Assembly: GCF_030028105.1 (NCBI RefSeq)
Contig: NC_092375.1
Coordinates: 158,967,415-159,031,414, forward strand
DNA from: Mobula birostris
Taxonomy: Eukaryota
Reading direction: 5' to 3'
Length of the DNA: 64,000 nucleotides
Shown: positions 52,681 through 64,000 of the stretch, piece after piece
How positions within the stretch are numbered: the first letter of the stretch is position 1
Layout: each line of letters begins with the position of its first letter
Position numbers and translations under genes: made by a program
Notes under the pieces: model-generated
What the model was told of the DNA's origin: nothing
Databases searched by the model: none
What the model saw: the letters and a program-made list of their open reading frames with translations, nothing else

Positions 52681-55600
52681 ACAATTGCCTAGAAATTGAT
52701 CCTATGTTCAGATCAGTTATGTGTGCAACCACAGGAAAAAGTCAGGGCAGCAAATAACAGCTACGATCAACCACATAATCATTGTATAATTGTCTCATAA
52801 AAGCAAGGAAATCAACTCACAGGAATTGCAAATGAGGTGAGAATACAAGCATCCCCATTTTGACACTAATGTATTATACAGAGCATCTATCAGCTGCATT
52901 TTGCAAATTTCAAGGTAATTGCAAATACATTACCATTTGATTCATCAATAATTACAGGCTCCTTATTTTAAGCAGCTCAAACTGAATGCTGTGATCTCTA
53001 CCTCGTTGATAATTGTCACTCCCTATAAGGACACTTAAAGCATGAGACCTTATCAGGGCAGACAATCAGAGCACACATTAGTGCTGACACTTGCACAGAG
53101 CACTGCAACTTCCTTCCCTACTCCCACCCAACCCCACCTTACACTTCCTTTCACTCCCTGGGAAGCAGTTTAAGCAGTTAGCGTTTCTGTCATGAGGAGA
53201 GGTCTTTTCAGATTTGATGACGGCAAACAATGCGACTGTTCTCAGATTTTTCCTGCACTCCCTTCCCCCCTCAGGAGCAGACAGCTGAGAATTTATCACT
53301 TATTTGAAATATTGCGAAATATTCAGAACTTCAACCAAACCTCCATTTCTCACTTATTTTAAGGTACAAGATACAATGGCACAATTTCAAAGAACCTTTG
53401 CCCCAATTTGTAAACGCAAAAGATACTGCAGATGCTGGAAATCCAGAATAGCACACGCAAAATGCTGGAGGAGCTCAGCAGGTCAGGAAGCATCTCTGGA
53501 GAGGAATAAACAGTCAGTGTTTTGGGCTGAGACCCTTCTGCAGGACTCCAATTAGACCATTCTTATGAGGCAACTTGATCAGAATTAACTTTGCTTCAAT
53601 GCTGTCTTAATGATGTCGGCTGTAGCAAGGACCTCACTTCAAGCCACTGTGTTGCCTGTTTACAGCCGGCCAGGAGAGAGGTGATGGAATCATTGCATCC
53701 ACTGCAGGCAATGTGGCACGGTGTCCAAGCTGGAGTCAGTGCTGCCCCCAGTGTTCGGTCAGCAGAAGACAGGCTGTATTGTGTTCTACTGCAGACTGCT
53801 GCAACATTCATAGACTCAGGCTCTTGGACTATATTCTTTTTGTGTGACTGTATCTTACTGATATGTGCTTGCTGTCTTATATGTGCTGTAAGTGCCTTGT
53901 GCTGTGTGTGACTGTTGGTATTGTGTTTTGTACCTTGGCCCCGGAGTAACACTGTTACATTTGTCTATATTCATGGTGTTCATGTATGGTTGAATAACAA
54001 TTAAACTTGAACTTGAATTTGAAGTCCACTCCAATTTCTAGACTTTTCTGTGCATCAACACAGAACTTTTGGTATTGCTTAATGTAAATGTCATCAAGTT
54101 TCAAGACTCCCCAGCAAAAAGAGAAATCTGCACATACAGGTCACATCCCCCTAATAATTTCACAGCCATTTGGTCAGAGTCCAAAGGTGCTATCAAGTCC
54201 TGTACCAAATACCAAACGTCTCAAGTATTGGGGATCAGGAAGGGAAGTAAGGTCTAGACCAACAGTAATAGTTGGTGTGATCATACTGATTTGCAGCACA
54301 GGTTTAAGAGGCTAGATTGCAAACTCATGCTTTTATTTCTAAGACTCCTGTGATTTTCTAACATTACTGCCTTCCTACCATGATTTCAGTAGTAAATTCA
54401 GATAAATTTGGTGAATTTAAATGCAAAGAGTTAATTTTCAAGTGTCTATTAAAATTCTTTTAATAAGCTATGAATAGGCAGGAACTGGCAGTCTATTTCT
54501 TTAGAGGGCATTGCTCACAAGCAGCCTGACACATTTGGGTTAATTGTGTCTCTCAGGTTGAAGGCAGCTTCAGGAACCCCTGTTATTTTCAGCACATTCA
54601 AACTTTAACCTGTTCTTGATCCCATGCTCTCAATTGTTAAACAAAAATATGCCAGAGGGTCCAAAGTCAGTGGCTTTGTAGAGGCTTAGCAATCCATCTC
54701 TTCAAAAGATCACATCCCGCGGCATTGTCTGAGTCTGCATCTTTCCCACAATGTGAGCACTCATCACAATGCCAAGTTGGTGCTTGATCCAAAGGACCAT
54801 TACCTCCTGCACTCAATCATCTTCAGACAATTTTGCTGAGTTGACTGCATTTGTTTGACCGTGGATGCTTACCAATTAACGGGAACAAAAAAACTACAGT
54901 CTCCTTATTCTGAATGTTCACTATGGAGAGAACAGATCCTCAATCATGCTGAATGGATTTCTTATTTTAAAAATTGCATTTGATAAAAACATTTATTGCA
55001 ATTAGTCACACACTTAACAACTGTTAGATCACATAAATAAACAAATATAAGTTGGATTGTCAACCACATTAATATGTTTCATATGGTGTCCCCAGTTTTA
55101 TATCCTATGATGGGAAAGGGTATTTAAAACAGAGTGGAGAGGATATATCCATTCCTTTCCTGCTCCAGCCTGACTGATAGCAGTTTTAAATTTCAGGACT
55201 CTATTTCTTGCGTTCCTTAATTTCCAAGAGATATAAGCACTTGGCAGCTGCCTAAGTTGGCTCCTCCACCCAACATTTCGGGGCACCACCTATCAAGTTT
55301 GGCCTCTCTCCCTCCAGCGGTGATGTCGCACTCCAGCCTCAGTACGTCACATTCCTTTGATAAGCTCTCCAAAGCGCAAATAAACAAAAACTGTTTTCAG
55401 CACTTTCAATGATTCTGCTAAATCATTGTTTAAATCTTACAAATAAAAAAAAGACAGGATGTAAAAAAAAATTAGTTGCTAATAGTCTTTTCCTGGTATT
55501 CATTCCAACAATTTTAAGTGGTTAATTCAGTCTCTGGGGACTCGTTGAGTCGCAACACATTTATATGGACCACACCACGGATGATGATGGTTGTTGATTT

Positions 55601-56964
55601 TACTGTGACCATTCAACCGTTTACCGTTGGAAATTGATCATTGCTAATGCTTGGCACAGGGGTCAAGTGCTACCACAAAGCTGAATCCTGTGAATGTATA
55701 ACACCACTAATGCTGCCTATTCTCTAGTGCCAGCCTTGGAGATATCAATGGAAGGCAATCAATGACTTGTGTGGCTTAAAGCTGCTCTGCAGTTCTTGAG
55801 GGGTGAGACACATTGTGGTAGTGGACATGATCCTGAGATCACTGGAGAATAGGACAACGTAGGTGTCTTAAATGCCTCTACCAAATCTGCTTCCACAACC
55901 ATTGTTGACAATGCATTCCAAACACCCATCAGTCTTTGTGTAAGAAACTTGCTCCACACACCTCCTTTGGACTTCACTCTCTCATCTTAAATACATGCCC
56001 TTTAGTATTAGACATTTTGACCTTGGAGAAAAGATACTGGCTGATTACTCTCGTTACACCTCTCATAATTTTAAAAACTTTAATCATTTCTCCCTGCAGC
56101 CTCCATCACCCCAGAGTAAACAATCCTAGTTTATGCAATCTACTGGAGAAGAGATGAACTGGGTACTGCAGTAAAGGTTCAGACTACTGCCATTATGCAT
56201 GATTCCATTTTTCGAAGGGTACCTGATGATTTCCATCTATCTCTTCTCCAGTAGATTACTGAGGTACTAACCCAATTGATTGGCTAAGTCTCCATATCAC
56301 CATTCATGATCCACCTTTGCCACACTGCCATTGTGTTTGAAATTCCCCATCAGCACAGCCAGACAGATATCCAATATCAGACTGCAAAATATTTAACCAA
56401 AATAAATCGTTAACATTTTGCTTTCAATAATATTAGTCTTTGTTGTGCAAGCTGCCTCTAAAGTAAACAGAATGGGGCATAAGCACCAGAGATTCTGCAG
56501 ATGCTGGAATATTTGAGCAATGCACAAGAAAATCTGGAGGAACTCAGCAAATTGGCATCTATGGAGGGAAATAGGCAGTCTATACTTTGGGCCAAGATCC
56601 TTCATCAGGACTGGAAAGGAGGGGGGCGGGCACAGATGCCAGAATAAAAAGGCAGAGAAAGGAGTGTGATGAGTACAAACAGGCAGGTAAGAGGTTAAAA
56701 AAGGTGAAGGTGGGTGGGTGGGGCAGGGGGAAGAAGTGAGAAGCTGGGAATTGATAAGCAGAAGACGTAAAGGGATGAAGATCAATTGCCTCTCTTGGTT
56801 CAGCCCTTTACTACTTAAATATGTGAACTTCACATGTTCTTGATCACTTTAAGTTCCCTGGCCCTGATTGCCTCATTTTCACAATGGAAATCCAGTTCCT
56901 ATATATTTCCGTCCTACATCAGGGAGGCCATAGCGGTCTCTGCTTCTTTCTGTACTACTAAACA

Positions 56965-58935
56965 GTTCCCCTTCTCGTCTGGCAGAAATAGTTCTCACTG
57001 TCAACAATGTCTCTTTTGGCTCCTTCCACATTCTCCAAACCCAAGGTCAAGGGCACCTGCAAGGGCCCCAGGTACGCCTGCTTTTATCTGCTATGTGGAA
57101 CTATTCATGCTCCAAGCATACACTGGTACTGCTCCCCAACGCTTTTGGGCCTCATTAATGGCTTCATTGGGGCTGCTTCATGCACTTATGCTGAGCATGT
57201 TAATTTCATCAACTTTGCCTCCAACTTCCACCCTGCCCTTAAATTCATTTGGTCTATCTTTGACATCTTGCACCACTTTTTTTTTGATTTCTCTGTCTCC
57301 ATTTCTTGAGACAGGCTATCTAATGATACCTTTTATAAACATACTGACTCTACAGCTATTTTGACTATACTTCTTCTCACTATGTCACTTGTAAAAATGC
57401 TATTCTCTTTTTCTGGTTCCTCCATCTCTGCCATATTTGTTCACAGGATGATGTTTTCAATTCTAGAACATTTGAGATACAGTGCCTATACAGAGTTTTT
57501 TTGACACGGATCAACAGAAGAGGCTCTTTCATGTCAAAGGGAAAACAAATCTCTACAAAATTCAGGGAAATCCTGGAGGAAAACCTGATGCAGTCTGCAA
57601 GAGAACTGTGACTTGGGAGAATATGTGTTTTCTAGCAAGATAATAACCCCAAGCATAATGCCAAAGCTACATAGGAATAGCTTAAAAACAACAAAGTTAA
57701 TGTACTGGAATGTCCAACTCAGAGTCCAGACCTCAATCCAATTGAGAACTTGTAGCTGGACTTGAAGAGTGTTGTTTGCTTATGATTCCCATGCAATTTG
57801 CCAGAATTTGAGCAGTTGATAGAGACCTATCCACACAGACTGTAATTGCTGCCAAAGGTATGTCTACTAAATACTGACTTGAAGGAGGTGAATACTTATG
57901 CAATCAATTATTTGGTGTTTTATATTTGTAATTAATATAGATCACTTTGTAGAGATTTATTTTCCCTTTGACATGAAAGAGTCTTTTCTGTTGATCAGTG
58001 TCAAAAGAAAAAAAATTAAATCCACTGTGATTCAATGTTGTAAAACAATAAAACATGAAAACTTCCATGGGGATGAATACTTTTTATAGGCATGGTAATT
58101 TCCTTCTTTAAAGAACTTTGTTTCCCTTCCATCATTATCCATGAGCCCCTTGCCCACATCTCCTCCATTTCATACATACCTTCCCATTCCATCCTTCCAC
58201 CACCATAACAGGGATAGGGTACTCTTGTCCTAACTTAATATCCCACGAGGATCAGTATCCAGCACATCATTCTCTGTATCTTCCGCCATCTCCAAAGGGA
58301 TCCTATCACTAAGCACGTTTTTCCTTCTCCCCCCAGCCCCCCACTCTCTGCTTTCTATACAGATTGCTCTCAACACATCTCCCTTGCTCAATCCCCTCTG
58401 GTCTTCCTCTTGGCACTTATTCCTGCAAGCGAGACAAGTGCTACACCTGGTCTTCTACCTCCTCTCTCACCGCCATTCAAAGATCCAAATGTCCTTCAAA
58501 GTGAGCCAACACTTCACCTGCAATCTGTTGGGTTCACCTACTGTATACAGTGCTCCTGCTGTGACCTCCTCTACATCAGTGAGACCAAACGTAGATTGGG
58601 GGATTGATTGATTGAGCACCTTCTCCCCATCTGTCAGAAAAGATGGGACTTCCCAATGGCCACTGATTTCAATTTGGCATCCCATTCTCATTCCAACATG
58701 TTGGTCCATGGCCTTCTCTATTGTTTGGAGGAGCAGCACTTCATATTCAATCTGGGTAGCTTCCAACCTGATGGCATTTTTCTAATTTCTGGAAATTTCT
58801 ATACCCCTTCTTTCATCTTTCATTCCCCATATCTGTTCTTCTCTCACCCTTCACTTTACCTCACCTGCTCAGCATCTCCCTCTGTTGTCCCTCCTCCTTC
58901 GCTTTCTTCCATGGTCCACTGTCCTCTCCTAACCG
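56965..58935 (+). mobile_element. Penelope-like element (RT and GIY-YIG remnants), interrupted by Tc1
   Basis: NFINFASNFHPALKFIWSI and FTYCIQCSCCDLLYISETKRRLGD. Confidence 0.88.
57480..58095 (+). mobile_element. Deleted Tc1 element (same family as 45229-46071)
   Basis: TA-CAGTGCCTATA start, QSPDLNPIEN motif, matching right TIR. Confidence 0.88.
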
Positions 58936-59257
58936 AATAGGGCTGATTTTTAGTGGTCTTCTGCTAATCTCCTAAGACGTAACTAAAGGGAGAGAACTGG
59001 AGCCCCAGTCACCATCTAGACTGGGTTTTACATGTAAAGAAAATGGTACAACTATCCATCGTTAGCAAAACAAGCAGGAGCTGTGAAGTGATGGTGGGGC
59101 CGTGCTGTAAGTTCCCCAGCTGAAGAGTTCTCACTTGTGAGAGTCATTCAGACGCTATAGAAACATCCAGCATGTTGTGAGAATAAAGCAGCTGTAAACC
59201 CAACTGTAGCTGATGTGCACTCCTAAAGGTCCAGGCATAAGTGTGCTCTAAAACAAA

Positions 59258-59886
59258 TGTAACACTCGCTTTGCCTAGTGGCATGACCTCGGGGGTGGTA
59301 ACCCCCTCCTGCCCGGCCAAACGTTAGAATTGCCGTTTGGGTGGATGCTGCGTGAAGTGTCCCCTGTGTCAAATCAGTACCCCGAAATAACAAACAGTAC
59401 ACAATATGTGGTTAAACAAGTAAAATTTTATAACTCTTACTTGGACTATGAGACTAGTAGAAAACAAAATATAAAATAAAAGGCACCAAGGATTTATTTA
59501 ATCAGTTCATACACATTCGTTGGAGCTCACAGTTTTCCATTGCTGCTTCCGATCGTCGTCAACCCTCGGCTCCCGCTGGAGCCCAGAGGGTCGGGCAGCC
59601 CACTGACTCCTCAAGTCGCATCTCTTCTCTTCATTCCCCTCACGCCTTCTACCCCACAGCCCGCGAAAACCAACAGCTTTCACACAAACAAGAAAGAATA
59701 ACATCTCGCCCATTGGCTAGCAACTGAATTCCTAAGTCCCGTTATCCCTACCTATAACCCAAACCTGCTGCTACAGAAAACCCATTACCCCAACAGTTAA
59801 CATCAAAGAGAGTCCATTTTATTATAACACGACAGAGAAGCCATTTTGTTAGCCTTAGCAGTTAACATAAACGAGAAACCCTTACA
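59258..59886. mobile_element. Solo LTR with 4-bp TSD
   Basis: TGTAA...TTACA termini. CAAA at 59254-59257 and 59887-59890. Confidence 0.82.
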
Positions 59887-60249
59887 CAAAAAAAATGTTT
59901 TTAACTATTCTGATCCTTCTTCCAACAAGTTGCTGCTGTCAAGATAAATGAAGGCCTGGAGAACCTGTCTGGCCTCCCCAAATATACACATTGCCATCTC
60001 CTCCCATCACATAGATGATGTCTAAAGGACACAAAAGGTACTGAGGATGCTGGAAATCGAGAGCAATACACACAATGTGCTGGGGAAGCTCAGCATGTCA
60101 GGCAACATCTATGTATAGGACATCTTGGGCAGTCAACATCTTGGGCCAGGACCCTTCAGCTGGACTGTCTAAGTCTAAGGGAATGGCCAGTTGAATCATT
60201 ATTGAAGTGAATGAAATTTTTTTATCATAATATAGAATGGGATGAAAAA

Positions 60250-62410
60250 GAGAAAATCTGCAGATGCTGGGAATCCAAGCAACACACACAAAATGCTGGA
60301 GGAACTCAGCAGGCCAGGCAGCTTCTAAGGAAAAGAGTAAACAGTCGATGTTTTGGGCCAAGACCCTTCAACAGGACTGGAAAAAAGATGAGAAGTTAGA
60401 GCAAGAAGGTATAGGGACGGGAGGAAGAAATACAAGGTGGTAGGTGATAGGTGAAACTGGGAGAGGGGGTGGGGTGAAGTAAAGAGCTGGGATGCTGATA
60501 GCTGAAAGAGGTAAAGAGCTGATGAAGGGGGAATCTGATGGGACAAAGTAGATGACCACAGGAGAAAGGAAAGGGGGAGGAGCACCAGGGGAAGGTGATG
60601 GGCAGTAAGGAGATGAAGTGAGAGAGAGAAACAGGAATGGGAATGGTGAAGGGGGAGGGGGCATGTGGAATTACTGCAAGTTTGAGAAATCGGTGTTCAA
60701 GCCATCAGATATTGCTACCCAAACAGAATATAAGATGTTGCACCTCCAACCTGAGTGTGGCCTCATCACAGCAGTAGAGGAGGCCATGGAATGACACGGT
60801 GAAATGAGAATGGGAAATAGAATTGAAATGGTTGGCCACCGGGAATCCCACATTTCTAGTGGATATAGCATAGGTGCTCGGTGAATCAGTCTCCCAATCT
60901 ACGCCTGATCTCATTGGTATACAGGAGGCCAAGCCAGGAGCACTGAATCTATTAGATGACCCCAACAGACTCACAGGTGAAGTGTCGCCTCACCTGGAGA
61001 GACAGTTTGGGGCCTTGACCGGTGGTGAAGGAGGAGGTGTAGGGGAAGGTATGACACTTGTTCTGCTTGTAGGGATAATTACCAGGAGGGAGATCAGTGG
61101 GGAGGGACGAATGGACAACAGAGTCACATAGGGCAGGGGTCCCCAACCTTTTTGGCACTGCGGACCGGTTTCATATTGACAATATTCTTGCGGACCGGCC
61201 GACCGGGGTGGATGGGTGGGGGGAGGGGTGGCTGCCAGCGGACAAGAGTAGCAGTCAAGTACATTGTGTTTACCCCGAGAAAGACTACAATGACCATGAA
61301 GCCTTGCGCGGGCACCAGTGCGCATGCGTGACTTGCACGTGCCAATTTTCTTTTACAAGTCATTTTTGGCGGTTCTGTTCACGCGGGGGGGTGGGGTAGT
61401 TAATAAAAGGGTTTATCTAACGAATTTAATATTAAACACACAGCGCATATTGTCCTCGCATGAATATAGCGATAAGTTAATTACTGTATCGGGGAGGACA
61501 GGGGAGCTTGAAGTAAGTGTTGAACAAACTTCCAGTAGAAGTGGCAGAAGCAGTTTCAATATTATCATTTAAAGTTAAGTTAGATAGCTATATGGACAGG
61601 AAAGGAATGGAGGGTTATGGGCTGAGTGCAGGTCGGTGGGACGAGGTGAGAGTAGTGTTCGGCACGGATTAGAAGGGCATAGATGGCCTGTTTCCGTGCT
61701 GTAATTGTTATATGGTTATATAAGTAAGTCAATAGTATCATAACATTTTAAGTAACGTTTAGATATTAAGCACACAGCACATATTTTCCCCGTATGAACA
61801 TATAAGATCATTGCAACACAACAATATCGCTGAATCAATGGGAGCCCTGGGCTTGTTTTCCTGCAACAAGATGGTGCCATCGAGGGGTGATGGGAGACAG
61901 AGATACTCGAAGGGGGTCCTTATGTCCAGTCTATTCCGCAATTTAGTTTTTGTTACATTCATCGCAGAGATATGTTGAAAATGGAAGCAACGTTTTCAGT
62001 GCTTTCCTGGCTATCTCAGGATATTCACCCTTGACTTTGATCCGGAATGCCGGCAGAGATGTCAAACATACTTTTCAGCCCACTGTCATTTGCAAGCTTG
62101 AGGAGTTGATCTCCTTCCTGCACTGACATGGATGACGCGCGGGTAATGACCTCGCGTGCGTTCAAGCTCAGCAGTGCGCATGACAGGGAATGAGGAAAGG
62201 TGCAGCTGACTCATATCGCCAAATCATGTCATTTCCTCGCGACCCGGTAGCGCTTGCCTTGCGGCCCGGTACCGGTCCGTGGCCCGGTGGTTGGGGACCG
62301 CTGACATAGGGAGTGATCCCTGCTGAAAGCAGAAATTGGGATGGCAAGAAAGATGTGTTTAGTGGTGGGATCTCATTGGAGATGGTGGAAGTTATGAAGA
62401 ATTATGTGGT
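60250..62410 (-). mobile_element. Penelope-like element 3' part, interrupted by a hAT element
   Basis: QVRRHFTCESVGVI, FPVANHFN, and a terminal repeat. The element resumes after 62311. Confidence 0.88.
61134..62303 (-). mobile_element. Young hAT/Charlie non-autonomous transposon
   Basis: TIRs CAGGGGTCCCCAACC / GGTTGGGGACCGCTG. Perfect 8-bp TSD ACATAGGG. Transposase C-terminal remnant TKTKLRNRLD. CpG-rich. Confidence 0.95.
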
Positions 62411-62793
62411 TTCTCACTTTCTTAGTTTAATTGTTCATTTGCAGCATCTGATACTTAATATCTAAAAACATGAAGGTTTTACTTTTTGTTTCCATTATCA
62501 AGTTATTTATGTTTATTGGTGTTTGCAGAAATCTCATCATGACATTGTGACATACGTTCCTCTGTGTAGGAGCCATGTATCTTTTCTCTATCTGCTTTGT
62601 ATTCTGTGTGGTGCATTTATTGTGCTCATTGTGATAACTAGTCTCATGAGTGGGAGCAAGGTAAAAGCAAAGGGAATAAGTTTCACATTCTTGCTTATTT
62701 TGTGGCAGTTTGTAGCTTGAGACTAGCGGGAGGTCACTTCTTTTGCTGACAGCTGAGATAACACTCAATAATATTTAATTCTATGTTTGCTAG

Positions 62794-62888
62794 TTGCTAA
62801 TAACAGATCGAATAAAGGGTTGGACTTATGGAGAAACCATTGGAGCTGTTGGCGTGTTACACGAGTATGAGCGCCTTTATGGTTGCAG
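62794..62888 (+). CDS. Candidate 95-nt internal exon of an unidentified host gene
   Basis: ttctatgtttgctag acceptor and CAG|gtaagc donor. Open frame LLITDRIKGWTYGETIGAVGVLHEYERLYGC. Four CpGs retained in unique AT-rich flanks. Confidence 0.5.
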
Positions 62889-63342
62889 GTAAGCAGAAAT
62901 TGTTTTGTTTTGATTTTGGATTAGTTTTACCGCTACACTTTCCTTATTATGCATAAGCTGAGCAATTTTTACTTTTGTTAAGAAATTACTGCTGACAGAT
63001 TGTATATATGCTTTTGAATATTCTTCTGTAGGTTATACTGTTCAGCGTGGTAAAATAAAGTAAATAAGTACTCTTCTTTCATGTGGTGGCCATTTTTTGA
63101 AAATAGCTCAAAAGTATATCCTGTTTTCAGTCTTTCATTCATCATTTGATTACCTGCAGAGCAACACTAATAGTTGCTGTTCCTGTTGTGATGAGGCATG
63201 AGACTCTTTATTTTTGCGACTGTGATCGTAAGACATATTGACCCTTAACTCTGCCAGAAATTTATCCTTTTAATAGTAGTAATACTTTGGAAACACAGTC
63301 AAAATTGAAAGCAAAAAATTAAAATGCTATTATGATGAAATA

Positions 63343-63865
63343 CACTCAGTGGCCACTTCATTAGGTGCACCTGCACACTTGCTCATTCATGCAAATATCT
63401 AATCAGCCAATCATGTGGCAGCAACTCAATGCATAAAAGCATGCAGATGTGGTCAAGAGGTTCAGTTGTTGTTCAGAACAAACATCAGAATGAGGGAGAA
63501 ATGAGATCTACATGACTTTGACCATGGAATGGTTGTTGGTACCAGATAGGGTGATTTGGATATCTCAGAAACTGCTGATTTCATGCACACCAATCCCTGG
63601 AGTTTACGGAGAATGGAGCGGATAAGCAAAAAAATCCAGTGAGCAGCACTTCTGTCGCTGGAAACATCTTGTTAATGAGAGAGGTCAGAGGAGAATGTCC
63701 AGACTGGTTCAAGCTGATAGGAAGGTGAGCATAACTCAAATAATTACACAGTGGTGTGCAGTCGAGCATCTCTGAATACACTACATTTTGAACCTTGAAG
63801 TGAATGGGCTACAGCAGCGGACTATGAACATAGATTCAGTGGCCACTTTATTAGGTACAGGACGT
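63343..63865 (+). mobile_element. Tc1-derived non-autonomous element
   Basis: TA-CACTCAGTGGCCACTT start. Transposase N-terminal remnant GMVVGTR..ISETAD. The terminal motif recurs directly at ~63837. Confidence 0.8.
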
Positions 63866-64000
63866 TTGATCCTCATGCTACTTGAGACCAAAATCTATCT
63901 CATTAATCACGTAAGTTGTTGCAAATTCACCAATATTGATTTAACAGGACTAATATCATTCCTTTTCCACCATTATGTATTGAACTGTATTCATTTCTAC

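Noticed and set aside
53060-53300. Possible conserved enhancer in unique sequence
   Set aside because: Cannot be supported without a cross-species alignment.
56834-57364. 176-aa ORF as a host gene
   Set aside because: Off-frame read-through of a decayed Penelope RT region.
1-64000. CRISPR arrays, rRNA, tRNA or prokaryotic operons
   Set aside because: None seen. The sequence is eukaryotic, and the recurring repeats are dispersed TE termini.

Overview
Vertebrate genomic DNA, AT-rich and mostly intronic or intergenic. The repeat set (CR1, Rex1/Babar, Penelope, V-SINE, Tc1, Charlie) suggests a cartilaginous fish, probably a ray; this is inference. It is dense in decayed transposable elements, and almost all ORFs in the track are repeat fragments or noise. 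Two structures stand out. (1) A degraded two-LTR endogenous foamy-virus-like provirus on the minus strand (~5934-16076). It has a degenerate tRNA-Lys-like PBS, recognisable pro, RT, RNase H and IN, a foamy-type env leader and SU, and a post-env accessory region with a multi-pass membrane ORF. Gag and env TM are largely missing. (2) A Gypsy LTR retrotransposon (27743-34401, minus strand, GTTTC target-site duplication) whose RT/RH/IN region is replaced by an intronless RBM25 cDNA fragment fused in frame to the gag-pro reading frame. This looks like LTR-mediated gene capture. Also present: many Penelope-derived minimal hammerhead ribozyme motifs, two solo LTRs with TSDs, a young Charlie/hAT element, and one candidate 95-nt host exon near the end of the window. 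Protein similarities were judged by eye from remembered reference sequences; no searches were run.
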